From contig JAHRHZ010000002.1 of the NCBI GenBank assembly GCA_024137785.1, positions 5,076,328 to 5,140,327 of the forward strand: a DNA stretch of 64,000 bases, given 5' to 3'. The position numbers were made by a program, and so were the translations under genes. Within the stretch, counting starts at the first letter, position 1. Each line of letters opens with the position of its first letter. Below are positions 36,381-49,239 of this stretch, piece after piece. The notes under the pieces were generated by a model. The model saw nothing but the letters and a program-made list of their open reading frames with translations, was not told the origin of the DNA and ran no database searches. Source of the stretch: Ginglymostoma cirratum. Taxonomy: Eukaryota.

Positions 36381-38700
36381 CTGAAACAGAATGGAATAAT
36401 ATCAGGGTTGTCTCTGTTTCCAGATCCATTCTAGGCTCTGTGTTCATTGGGGAAAATTTTAACTGACGCCACCCATTGAAAATTGATGGGATTAGTTGAA
36501 ATACTGGTTTGACCCTCACCCGATTTCACTCTCCAGTGTCGTCACTAAAGATCCCATTGATGGGAGTAAACACTGCATTGCCCCAATCCTGGGGGTTACC
36601 TTCCCAGACAGTTCAGTTCCCATTCTCCCTGATGTCCCTGTGTGCTGCTCTTGCTCAATACCCGGGGTAAAATGGACAGCATCACTGGATGGTTTTCACA
36701 TCAAACTTCAAAGGGATGAGGAATAAAACGACTGCAGTAAAGTGAGCTCACTTTGTTCAATTTTGTAAGGTTATAAAGTGCCAATTAATGCCCTGATGAT
36801 GTAGTGGTGGTGTCCCTACGTCTGAGCCAGAGGAGAAAATACCGGAGTACTCAGCAGTTCTAGCAGTTTCAATGAAGAGGGAAATGTTCAGAAGTTGAAG
36901 AGATTTATATTGGAAGTGAAACATTGATTTTGTTTCTCTCTTTCCACAAATGATGCCAGACCAGCTGAGTTTCTGCAGTATTCTCTTTCTTCGAATAAGA
37001 ATTCAAACTAAGATTGTTTTATCAGCTAAAGTTGCGAAATCGGTGCCTCTTACTGAAGATGGGGGACTCAAGTATAACGATTATAGGCTCCTGAGGAGCA
37101 CGCAATCTTCCTGAAAGCTTATGGACATTTTAACGATAGAATTGTGAAAACAAAATTGGTTTTTACCAAATTCAGCACACATCCAGAGAGGAAAGAAGTA
37201 CAAGGAGAACTTGTCAGACCCTGCTTCATGCACATAAAGTGAGAGAGCTAGACCAACAGTTTACCTAGAGTCAGTGAGAGACAATGCCGCAGTCAATTAG
37301 AACAGAGCGCATCAAGGCTGTACTGAACTGAGTTCTAACTTTAACTGGACTGAGTTTTTTTTTGAATCAACCTGTCCAGGAATATTATGACACACCTTTG
37401 GAGCAGGTGGGACTTAACCCAGAGGTAGAGACACTACCATTGTGCCACAAGAGCCTTACCACCTTTTTTAATGCTTTGTGCTGATCCTGAAATATTTTAA
37501 TAAATCCTTTGGGATTGTTTCAACTTATTTACATTGTTCAGGAGAGGTCCGTGCTTGGTCATAAACAGGTATTTGGTCTAGATTTAAGGGAAACAACATT
37601 TCATTTTTGTTGACTGAGTATTGAGGCAAATTACAGTTCAGGCACTGCTCGTAAAGAAGTAGGATGGTACAATCCACCAAGAGCTTAGTCAAAAGCTACT
37701 GCAATTGGCCAAGGCATGGTCAGGGCATCAAGTAAGTGAGCGAATCCAGCTTAAAGAATGGCTCCCACAACTGTCCAGAGATTGAGGGACAAACGCTGAT
37801 ACAAGTCTCAGCTGATCAAGGAGAGAGTGGTTGGATTTGTGTAAGTGAAAACTGAAGTGTTAAGCTGGCAGTGAAATTGCTGTTGAATTGAGTATTTGTA
37901 AAAAGATAGCCTCGGGAAGCAAGATGAAATTTGTTTTAATATAAAGCATAGAACCATGGATACTGCAGATCTGAAACAGAGCAGAAATTGCTGGAGAAAC
38001 TCAGCAGACCTGGCAGCATTGGTGGAGAGAAATCAGAGCTAACATTTTGAGTCCAGTGACCCTTCCGAAGAAAACTCTGCTTTTTCTCCACTGATGCTGT
38101 CAGACCTGCTGAGTTTCTCCAGTAATTTCTGTTTCTGTTGAAACTTTGTATTGTTGTTTGTGTTAATATCTTTCTGTCTCAGTCATCTAATTTTGGTTCT
38201 GTTTCTTGTGTGCAATAAGCCTGTGTTCTGTTTATAGACGATCTGCAGGCTCATGTGAATATGTTTCGGTCTGTATCCAGCACTATAAATGATAAAAATA
38301 TTAAGCAAATGATCTATCAAGTCAGATTTCCTTTTAGGATACAACCTGTCTAATAGCTGAGATTATAATAACACATTGTTTTGTCCTTCGTATTTAAGGG
38401 GCATTCAGTTCCGATTGAGATGAAGAGAAAATTCTTACAAACAGTCATGTGAATCTTTGAAACTTTCGTACACAGGGCTATGCAAATGTTTACTGTGGAA
38501 TATCCTTAATGCTAGGACAGGGAGGTGTTTAGGTTGATCAGGGAATCAAGGCTCCTTAGAAGTAGAGAGGCAGGAGAATTCAACAATGATGACCAGCCAC
38601 AATCATGTTGAATACCAGAGTAGACTAAATGATGTACTTTGAATCGTTATGATGCTAAATGAAATTGTGGTGACAAACTCTTAACTTCATTGAATGGTGG

Positions 38701-38848
38701 NNNNNNNNNNNNNNNNNNNNNNNNNNNNNNNNNNNNNNNNNNNNNNNNNNNNNNNNNNNNNNNNNNNNNNNNNNNNNNNNNNNNNNNNNNNNNNNNNNNN
38801 NNNNNNNNNNNNNNNNNNNNNNNNNNNNNNNNNNNNNNNNNNNNNNNN
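38701..38848. other. Assembly gap (148 N) covering the end of the gene C alpha3 exon
   Basis: Run of N. Confidence 1.
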
Positions 38849-39111
38849 ATAGTGCTTAGCCTGTGCCAAACCGCCGTGTTCAATTTGACAGGAGTATTGA
38901 ACCCCATCTCCAGCGCGGATTTCAATCTTTTTATGGATTTGATGAGTCCCATCATGCTTCCCTGAGGATTGTATCTCAGACATGACCTCTCCATTCATTA
39001 GCCAGGTCACCTCGATGTCTACAGGATGAAATCCAGTGCCCAGGCAGGAGAGAGTGAGCGGCTTGTCCTGACGATTGGGCTCACTCCTGGAGATGAACAC
39101 TTCAGGCTGAA
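38849..39111 (-). CDS. Gene C alpha3 (Ig C1-set) exon, 3' end in gap
   Basis: VQPEVFIS..LTLSCLGTGFHPVDIEVTWLMNG..DGTHQ..YSCQIEHGGL; both Ig cysteines and the Trp present; cacAG acceptor. Confidence 0.93.
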
Positions 39112-39219
39112 CTGTGATGGGAAAGGGTGAAAACACAAACAATAGACAGACATGGAATGGTACGGGAGAGCGGTTTCATAGATCAGTGAAATTAGATCAG
39201 AACATGGGATCAAAAACTT

Positions 39220-41497
39220 TGTAAGGACTGTGTTGCTTGTATCTTTGTATCTTTATAAACTGTGGAATGTAAGGAGAAAGAATAGTTTTTAAAAACAGGG
39301 ACTTTCCAGGACAGTTGCATAATGTCACAAGGAAATTGATAGCTGTTGCGAATTCTGTTTTTGATGGTTGTGTGTTTCTGCAATGTGCAGATGATCAGGA
39401 ATCGAAGAGTCATTTACCAGTTAAGCTGATCTGTTTTCAGTTACCTTAGCAGGTCAGAAGTTACACAGACACAGCTATAGAGAGAGACACACATATAGAA
39501 GAATGTACTGATGCTCTCCCCAGCAGAAGCTACCTGTTTTCAACAGTCCAAAAACAACTCATTTTAAACTTGAAGAAAACCAGTTACATTTCCCGCTGTG
39601 TTTGCTGTGGGCTATGACATTTGGAGTGAGAAATCAGGAACATTTACTAAGTGAATGAGTCACTCTGTACTTCTAACAATATATTGGTAACTTCCAGAGA
39701 AGTACAACTGAACTCCAGAGTCTGGCTCACTGACGTAGGATGATCTCAACATTGGAATCAGAAAGCAAAGCCCACTGAACTGACTTTGCAGATGTTCTCT
39801 GCCTCCTTCAATGATCTATTTTCCCCATTTGTCTATCTATGTGTGTTTCGAGGATTAATGGATTAGAGTTTTAGTTAGTTATATATCAATAGTCAGCAAT
39901 AGTCTAATTACTTGTGATAAGTAATAATTCTAGGTTTGCACAGAAACATGATCCATGCTTTCTATGAGAGATAGTAAGAACTGCTGTTGCTGGAGTCAGA
40001 GATGACACAGTGTGGAGCTGGAAGAGCACAGCAGCCAGGCAGCATCAGAGGAGCAGGAAAGTTGACGTTTTGGGTCGGGACCCTTCTTCAGAAATGGGAC
40101 AGAGCTCCTTTCCCTCTCCCCCATAAAAAAAAACCCTTCCCACCTCATTGACCAATCCCCACCACTGCCTACTTGCACTCACCTATCACCATCCCACCTA
40201 CCTTCCCCAGCCTCACCCCTCCTCTCTAATTATTTCAGAGCTCCCTTCCCCCTCCTCCATAAAAAAAACTCCTGAATATCCTAGCTGTCCTCTTATTTCA
40301 AGGACCGCAACTTTCCCTCTTCAGTGGTCAAAAATGCCCTAGACTGCATCTCTTGCGTTTCTTACACATCTGCCCTCACGTCCTCTGCCCTCAACAAAAA
40401 CAAAGACAGAATCCCCATTGTCCTCATGTATCACCCCCACTAATATCCGGATTCAACGTATCATTCTTTGCCACTTCCGCCACCTGCAAACTGACCCCAC
40501 TACCAAAGATATATTTCCGTCCCCACCTCTATCTGCCTTCCGCAGGGACCGCGCTCTCCACGACTCCGCTTCACACTCCCCACTAGCCCCACTACCCCGG
40601 CACCTTTCCCTGCAACCGCAGGAAGTGCTATACCTGCACCTACACCTCCCCTCCTCACCTCCATCCAAGGAACCAAAAACACCTTTCACATCAGACAGAG
40701 GTTCACCTACACATCCGCCAATGTGGTCTATTGTATCCGCTGCTCCCGATGTGGCTTCCTCTACATTGGTGAGACCAAGCAGAGGCTCAGAGACCACATT
40801 GTAGAGCACCTGTGCTCTGTTCGCGACAAACAACAACACCTTCCAGTTGCGAACCACTTCAACTCCCCCTCCCACTCCCTGGGTGACATGTCCATCCTGG
40901 GTCTCCTCCCGTGTCACACTGACGCCACTCAGAAACTGGAGGAGCAGCACCTCATATTCCGCCTTGGGAGCCTACAACTCAATGGTTTCAATGTGGACTT
41001 TACCAGTTTCAAAATCTCCCCACCCCTGGCCTCATCCCATGACCAACCCTCCCTCTCATCCCCAGCTCCTTGACACAACCCGACACAGCCTGTTCATCTT
41101 CTCTCCCACCTATCTGCTCCTCCCACCTCACTGACCAATCCCCACCACTGCCTACCTGCACTCAGCTATTACCAACCCACCTACCTCCCCCAGCTCCACC
41201 CTTCCTCATTCTATTTATTTCAGGGGTCCTTTCCCCCATTCCCCATAAAAAATAGCCCCATTTCTGAAAAAGGGCCCTGACCCGAAACATCAACTTTCCT
41301 GCTCCTCTGATGCTGCCTGACCTGCTGTGCTCCTCCAGCTCCACACTGTGTCATCCTGTGCTTTCTATAAACCTTGTTCTGAAAGTCAGGTAAGTTGAGG
41401 CACTGTGTGTACCTTAAAAATAAACTTTACTATTTGGTATGATTCCAGGAATAGCAAGGCGCGATCTTTAGTGCACTGTCCCAGAGGGTTGTAAAAA
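39220..41497 (+). mobile_element. Probable solo LTR with a nested Penelope element, in the gene C alpha2-alpha3 intron
   Basis: Absent from the ~95-nt equivalent intron of gene A; begins tgtaag, has AATAAA near the end, ends gttgtaaaa. Confidence 0.5.
39966..41356 (+). mobile_element. 5'-truncated Penelope-like element with inverted 5' terminal segment
   Basis: ORF 40723-41073 VYCIRCSRCGFLYIGETKQRL (GIY-YIG); inverted copy of the terminal repeat at the left end; TSD tgctttctat. Confidence 0.9.
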
Positions 41498-41510
41498 ACA
41501 AAATAAATAC

Positions 41511-41801
41511 CATTCCTTTTGAAGTATTTCTTTCCAGCTTGCAAATATCTCATTAAATGCCGAACACAGACTTCTTCCAGATGTTCTTTCCATAACTTAT
41601 TACAGGGTCGAGCAGAATCCAATTTTTCCTTTATCTTCCCTGCATTGTTACCGGATGTGACCCATCTTATTCTGTCTGGCTCGAGGCTGATATAGTCCTT
41701 TCCATCAAATCCAAACCAAATTGATCTCTTCATGGAACCTTTCCTCATTGTATTGTTTTCATTCACCTCCACAATCCTAACCCATTGAAAAATATGAATT
41801 C
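41511..41801 (-). CDS. Gene C alpha2 exon
   Basis: GIHIFQWVRIVEV..FGFDGKDYISLEPDRIRWV..LEEVCVRHLMRYLQAGK; 291 nt, phase 1-1, AG/GT, no stop. Confidence 0.93.
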
Positions 41802-42479
41802 CTGTCAGTGACCAAAAAAGGATCAACAATCAATTGTGATGGAATATGCTCCACTTGCCTGAATGATTTCAGCTCCAGCAACATGCAAAAGGCTTGAGAG
41901 AATCCAGCCAAAGCAAGTGCCTAATTGACACTCCATCTATCATCTTAAACATTCACTCCCACCAGCACCAATGCATAGTGACAGCAGTATGTGTTGCCTA
42001 CCAGGTAACTGCAGCAACTCACCAAGGCTCCTCAACGCAGCATCTCCTAAACCTGCAAGCTCTACCTAAAAGGATAAGTTGTAAAGTTATTTGAGAACCC
42101 TCCAAACTTACTCGTTCCTCTCGAAGTCCATCAGAATGCGCACAACTCCACTATTCCTCCACAATCACAGATCAAAATCCAGGAACATCCTTCTGAACAG
42201 TACTGGGGCTGAAGAATGGATTACAGCCACAGGTTGAATTTTGTTCTTCTCGTGAAGTGCCAATTTCATTGAGATTCAAGGAGCCTATTGGGTCTTCACT
42301 TTCTTCTGTCCCAAACTCTCCTCAATAACTGCCAAACCGTACCCCTTACACCCAATTATGAGACCAATTCTCCCACTGACAATAGTGAGAGCTCACCACT
42401 GTATGGATATCCCAGAATGGACTGGCATCCCTAAAGCTGCTGCCAACTTCCAGAGAATTGAGCAGGTTGCACAGCCTGG

Positions 42480-43300
42480 CAAGAACTGTTTGTCCAGATC
42501 TGTCCTGCACACTTTGTGATAATTGGCACGGAGGAGGAATTTAGTATCTCGCTTTGTGGACTGGCATTTGGAGGTGCTAGTAGAGGGTTGGTATAGAGGA
42601 GAGATGTTCTATTTCCCAAGGAGCATCAGGGGAAACCATACACCACAGCCTGACAACCTGTTGTGCGGTTGCCCCTGGTTCAGTGCAGTGTCAACTGTCT
42701 GAGGGAAGGTCCAGCAAGTGGAGGAAGAAGCTTCTTGACCTTCTCTGTTCTGTCAGGGTAAGGGCCTCCATGAGTTATCTGCTGCTTCACACACGGTCTA
42801 TCTCAGCCATTGCACCGACTTCCCATCAAGGCTCATCTTGACTACTTACACTATCACATGCAACATCTTCCCTCTCTCGCTCTCTCGCTGCCTCTCAACC
42901 CTCCCTAATATCCCACAGCACTAACCCTGCTTGGTCTGTATGTTGCCTACTCACTTGCTCAGAGACACATCAGCTTTATCCCACCTGGACCAGAACTAAC
43001 AGCTGTGCCACCTACTTTGTTTGTCTTTAATTGCTCAATTTCTCTAATACCAGGAGAAAACAGCCCACAATAAGGCAAAAAGAGTCAAACGGGTGGTGAG
43101 CTGCCTGGCATTCAGCTCCTCACTGCTTACAGGGAGAGGATCCTAACCCTGACTGTCCCAAGCAGATGAATGACTGTGTCCAAGCCCCTAGACAAGTATC
43201 AGGGCTGTCCCTTGATGTACTGTGCTGGGAACCCGTCTCTCATGGCTGTCTGCCTTGACTTGGCTGAGGGCTGCTTCCACCAGGACAACCTTCCTGGCTT
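42480..43300 (+). mobile_element. Harbinger-type Myb/SANT ORF remnant
   Basis: RRDVLFP, WRKKLLDLL followed by a gtaag donor, then an EKTAHN exon, as in Harbinger DNA-binding ORFs. Confidence 0.5.
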
Positions 43301-43624
43301 TGTGTCTTCGCTAAAGGTATAGCAGGACAAAGATGATACAAGTCTGGTGGTTCTGACTGAGAGAAGAAGCACAGAAAAGCAAGGCTGCAGTGAGCATCCA
43401 GACAGGCTCAAAGTGAGGGGAAGTATACCAGGATACAGCCTGGTCCAGTCTGTGAGCTGGGTGCCCCGTCGCTGTGTGAGAAATGTTTTTGCAAAGTGGC
43501 TGGCAAATATCTAATACCCAGCTCTGCGTGTATAGGGAGTGTATGCAGCTGCACTGAGAAAGAGATATTAATGCCAGGTGTCCAGGTTGGCAGCTCAGAG
43601 GGACAGGTAATGAATTTCACAGGT

Positions 43625-46600
43625 TTACCACCTGCTGCGTGAAGACATTTCTCCTCATCTCAATCCTAAATAGTTTATCCCTTATCCTTAGGCTGTGACT
43701 CCCATTTCTGGACTCCTGCACCATTGGGAACATCCTTCCTGCAATACCCTGTCTTGCCTTTTCAACTTTTATTGGTTTCTATGAGATCCCCACTTATTCT
43801 TCTGAACTCCAGCAAATATAATCCTAACCAATTGAACCTCTCCTCATACATTAGTGCTGTCATCCCAGGAATCAGTCTGGTAAACCCTCACTCAAGAACA
43901 AGAATATCCGTCCTCAGATATGGAGAACAAAATGGCACACTATATTCCTGGAGTGGTTTCACCAAGGCTCTTGCATAATTGCAGCAAGACATCCCTGCGA
44001 CCTGCACTCAGATTCTCTCACTATGAATGCCAACATACCATATCTGCATCCTCCTCACTGTTCACCCTCTCACCCAGCTTTCTGTCATCTGCAAGTTTGG
44101 AGACATTACACTTTGTTATATCACCAAAATCATTAATATATATTGTGTATGGCTGAGTTCCTGGCACTGATTCCTGCCGTACCCCACAATTCACCACCAG
44201 CCAACTGGAAGAAGACTGCTTTGTTTCCTTCCTATCCATCTCAATTTGCTATCCCCTGTGCTTTAATTTTACATGATAATCCCTTATGTGGGAACATTGT
44301 CAAGAGACTTCTGAAAGTCTAAGTAAAACAACATTGCACCGGCTGCTTCTCAACAACTCTATGAGTTACATTCTTATAGAATTCTGGTAGATTCGTCAAG
44401 CATGATCTCTCTTTTGTAAAACCATGTTGACGCTGTCTGATCCTGCTACTCCTTTCCAGCGCTCACCTATTAAATCTTGTATTTCGGACTCCAGCATTTT
44501 CTCCAGATGCAACATCGGACTTACTGGTCTATAATTCTAGTTTTTTCTCTGCCTTCTTTTTAACACGGGGGGTTACATTACCTGACCTTCAATGTGCAGG
44601 AACTGTTCCACAGTCAATAGAATTTTGGAAGATTACCACCAATGCATCCATTATTTCCATGGCCATTTCCCGTCATTTTCCCCCACTCTATATCACTATT
44701 AATACTGATTTCCTTCTGTTCTTACTCTCGCTAAATCATGTGTTCCCAGACATTTTTGGTATGAACTTTATGTCCCCCTTTGTGAACACAGAACTAAATT
44801 CTGTAGTTAGTTGGTTCACCATTTCTTTGTTCCCCATTATAAGCTGCCTTGTTTCTGACTGTAAAGGACCTATATTTGTCTTCACCAATCTTTATCTCTT
44901 CACACACCTAAATAAACTTCTACAATTAGTTTTTATGTTTCCCATTAGCTGACTCTTGTACTCTATTTTCCCTTTCTAAATCAGTGCCTTTACCCTCCTT
45001 TGCAGAATTCTAAACTGTTCCCACTCCTCAGGTTTGTTTTTCTTTCTGGCTGATATGTACACCTCATCCTTGGATCTGCTACTATTTCTAATTTAATTTG
45101 TAAGCTTATTCTATGTAGCTTCAGGACCCTAATGTAAGAATCAAGCACGTCACCCTCCATATTGATGAGGTCTTCTAACATATGGTGGTCGCTCATCCCC
45201 AAGGGGCATGGCACAACTGAATTGCCAATTATTCCTTTCTCATTGCACAATATCCAATCTCATTTGGCCTGTTCTCTAGTTGGTTCCTTAATGTATTTGG
45301 TCCAGAAAATCATCCCGTAAAGACTCCAAGATTCCTCCTCTATGCTATTGGCACTAATTTGATTTGCCAAAAGTATGTACAGATTAATGTCACCCATAAT
45401 CACAGATGTTCCTTTATTGCATGTGTTTCTAATGTCCTGTTTAATGTGATTCTCATCATCACTCCTACACCCACTAACGTTTCTGCTCTATGTGTTTCTC
45501 AGCTCTGCCCATATAGATTCCACATCATTGGAGCTAATATCCTTCCTTACAACTGCATGAATTTCCTCTTTAACTAGCAATGCACCTCCACCACCTGTTC
45601 CTTTTTGTCTGTTCTACCTAAATACTGAATACTTCTGAATATTCACTTTGCATTTCTGGTCACACTGCAGTCATGTCTCCTTAATTCAGATGATGTGGTA
45701 TCTGTTTTTGTTTAGTTGCACAATTAATTCATCCATGTTATTGAGTTATAGAGTAATAGAAATGTTCAGAACGGAAAACAGACCCTCTGTCCAACTCATC
45801 CATGCTGACCAGATTTCCTAAATTAATCTAGTTCCATTTGTCAGCACCATATCCCACTAAACCCTATTCATAAACCTGTCCAGATGCCTTTTAAATGCTA
45901 TAAATGTATCAGCCTCAACCACCTCCTCTGTCAACTCATTTCATACACATGCATGAAAAGGTTGCCCCTTAGGTCCGTTTAAATCTTTCCCCTCTCACCT
46001 TAAATGTATGACCTCTAGTTTTGGACTCCCCTACCCTGGGGAAAAGACCTTGGCTATTCATCCTATCCATGCCCCTCTTGATTTTATAAACTTCTATCAG
46101 GTTACCCCTCAGCCTACGATGCATCAGGGAAAATAGCTGCAGCCTATTCAACCTCTCCCCATAGCTCAAACCTTTCAAACCTGGCAACATCCTTGTAAAT
46201 CTTTCTGAACCCTTTCAAATTTCACAATTTCTTTCCTATACCAGGGAGACCAGAATGAATGCAGTATTCCAAAAATGACCTAACCAATTTCCTGTACAGC
46301 TGCAGCATGGCCTCCCAACTCTTATGCTCAATGCACTGACCGACAAAGGCAAGTATATCAAAAGCCTTCTTCACTGTCCTATCTACCAGTGACTCCACTT
46401 TTAAGAAACTATGAACATGCGCCCCAAGGTGTCTTTGTTCGGCAACTTTCCCCAGGCCTTTACTGTTCAGTGTATAAGTCCTGCCCTTGTTTGCTCTGGC
46501 AAAATGTAGCACCTCACATTTATCGAAACTAAACTCCACCTGCCACTTTTCGGCCAATTTGCCCATCAGATCAAGGTCCTGTTATACTCTAAGCTTGTCT
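43625..46600 (-). mobile_element. CR1 LINE fragments (two families)
   Basis: IYINDF..SKLADDRKLG; AEKWQVEF..KCEVLHF; LYRKLVR..LEYC; MLPGLKGLSYGERL. Confidence 0.85.
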
Positions 46601-46848
46601 TTTTTAACATTACTTATCCCATTCCCATTCTTTGTACCTGTGGGTCTGTTTGATCTTGGCCCTTGATTTCTCTGCCTATCACTTTTCTGTCTTGTTTTCT
46701 TGTCCTTATTTCTCTTTCCCTTGTCACCCTGCATAGGTTCCTATTGCTGGGGGATGGACTGAGTTGAGTGTTCATTGTAGATCAGTCAAAGAATTAATTG
46801 TCTTGGTTGACTCAAGATAGTTTCAACAGGAACATGGATCCTTCCTCT

Positions 46849-46850
<2 letters not shown>

Positions 46851-46894
<44 letters not shown>

Positions 46895-46937
46895 ACACAC
46901 ATGCATGCGCACACACGCACACACGCACGCACACACA
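46851..46937. repeat. (CA)n microsatellite
   Basis: Visible run. Confidence 0.95.
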
Positions 46938-47414
46938 GAGTCATTTTAATGTCATGTTAATTCTGCATGAATGAGGAACTGCCCATATACTTGATCCTCT
47001 CCACTTCTTTATCTCTCTGAGATATTTACTAAAAAGATTCCTATTCTCTTTTCACAACGCCTCCTGGGTCCACATTGTCCGTTCTGTAATACCGAACAAG
47101 TTCGAGCCCACTCCATATATATATGTGAATTAAAACACAGTGAGGTGATTGAAGTTCTCCAGCAAGCTGCCCATTCCTGGATGGTTGCAATCATCTCACC
47201 AGTCTCTCACTCACTAAATCACAAATCAATCTCCTGAACTTCATCATTTTAACAAACATCCTAAAAAGGAGAAGGAACAGAATAACACTCCCTGTATCCA
47301 TGCTCATGGTGTCTCAGGCAATGTACATCACAGTCTGCCATATAACTATGGCTTGCTAGCTGTCTCACACTTGGTATTCAGCAGATTCAATGGATAATTC
47401 AACATCACTTCTTA

Positions 47415-48055
47415 TGTTACTATGCCTTTCTCTTGAATAGGGGTTTTGACACCATGGTGGAGACATGTCTGATTCAGAAGCAATTGGTAAACAGCTTTGA
47501 GCTCCCTCAGTATTATTTAAATGACAAAAGAAACATGAGTGTGTGGAGTCAGGCTCACGGAGACCCAAGGCTTTGGTTTTGCTTTCAGTTGGGGGTTTGG
47601 AGTTGGCTGTTGAAGCTCATAGATACAATTCACTCTCTCTGCTGCAGCAAAAAGCTTGAGTTCTCTCTTTGCTGCTAGATTGTTTCTTTTGGTGTTTTTC
47701 CTGGACTGCAGAGGAGATAGCACATGAGGAAAATCTATTTTGCAGAATTTGCTTTTGCCAAGGCTTTGTTTACAGGATGCTGCTATATTAGAACAGTTGA
47801 TGATTACTCATTAAATAACATATTAGTTTGCTCAGTATTTCAATAGTGTTAAAGTCATGCCAATTATTTCTTTTTTTTGCTTGTGTTTTCACTGTGTTGT
47901 ATGAATTAAATGTGTTTTGCTTAAACCCTAGTAGTGGTCCAATCAAATCATATGTGGAACACAGTGCCTTACATTTGCCTTTAAATAAAATAAAAAAGTT
48001 AGGGTCTAGGCTATCTCCTTGATTTATTTTGAGGGGCTTGGTTTGGTTCATAACA
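47415..48055 (+). mobile_element. Probable solo LTR abutting the gene C alpha1 exon
   Basis: tgtta...taaca termini with internal poly(A)-signal-like words; left boundary uncertain, no clear TSD. Confidence 0.45.
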
Positions 48056-48058
48056 CAC

Positions 48059-48316
48059 TGATCTTCCTAATTGTCTGGTTTGTACTTTTCATCATTGTAC
48101 TCAGAAGGTGTTTTGCACTTTCTGATAGTGTCTTCGTGAGCCTTGTGATACATTTCCAGTATTCCACAACAAAAGAGTCTGCCGTGAAGTGCGGTCTAGG
48201 GATGGTCTGACTGATATCAGTGTCAAAATAATCAACCTGAAATCCATTTACCATTACAATGCTAGTAACTTCAGGCATATCATGAATGCCAGAAACTGGT
48301 GAAAATGCGTCAGTGA
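48059..48316 (-). CDS. Gene C alpha1 exon
   Basis: TDAFSPVSGIHDMPEVTSIVMVNGFQVDYFD..IPR..EYW..TNQT with the conserved N86 glycosylation site. tacAG acceptor; canonical donor lost, in-phase GTGTGT 9 nt downstream. Confidence 0.88.
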
Positions 48317-49239
48317 CTGTAAAACAAACAAGAGACAGGTTACTAGCCATTTACACAGATTACTACGTGCTTCAAGCAGGCCTCATCGACACCACGATAG
48401 TCTTCCATAATCCACCACTTTATCACACTGTTAAGGTCCTGTCTGATATTATAAACAGAAATATATTCAACTGGGTCAGAATTAGATGCTGCAGCCTCTC
48501 ATGAGTAGGAATTAAGCACTGAATCAGTCTGGCAATCTAGGGGTTGGAGAGTTAACACAGAAGATCACTAACCTGGAACAGGAACATGGGACGTATGCAG
48601 TACGGGATTAATCGAGATCTATAGCCTGGGATCTGTTATTAATCTGGAATACTAATCTGGTCACACCCTATCTATCACTAACCCGGAACAGGAACTGGGG
48701 TCTGTGAATGAATTTGTCATTGAAACTAAGAGAAACAGGAATATTTGGGAGAATAAAGTGTGAGACCATGGGGGACAATAATTGTGTGAATAGTCTGTCT
48801 GTCAAACAGAAGGATGGACAATCCAGTGCAGGATCTCCACTGTCCTTCACTGAGATTTTTAATCACCCCATTATACACCAGTAGGAAGTTGGTGGTGTGA
48901 GATAACCCGGCCTATTCAACCATGAGCTTGGGGTAGGTTAAACATGAAGTATCCTTCTTCTCCCTGCAGTGTTTACAAGACTTTACGCCAGGAGTGATGA
49001 AGCTGTTGGATTTGAATTGATGTGAAAATTAAAATTGCCCATTGGAACCATTTCCCATTTACTCCGAGCTTCTCTGATCTCAGGATTTCTACATCCTGAG
49101 AACTGGATACAAATCCCATCAGAGTCTCCCAGACTGTGCTGCCTTCAATGCGTAAAATATCAGGCTGGCTGTATAACAGATGGCCGATCAAACATCACCC
49201 ATTTCAAACTCTCACCAAGAGATTTACATTCACCCCAGT

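Noticed and set aside
33900-38375. Additional LTR-like stretches (33910-34750, 36990-38372)
   Set aside because: Composition is suggestive, but termini and TSDs could not be fixed by eye.
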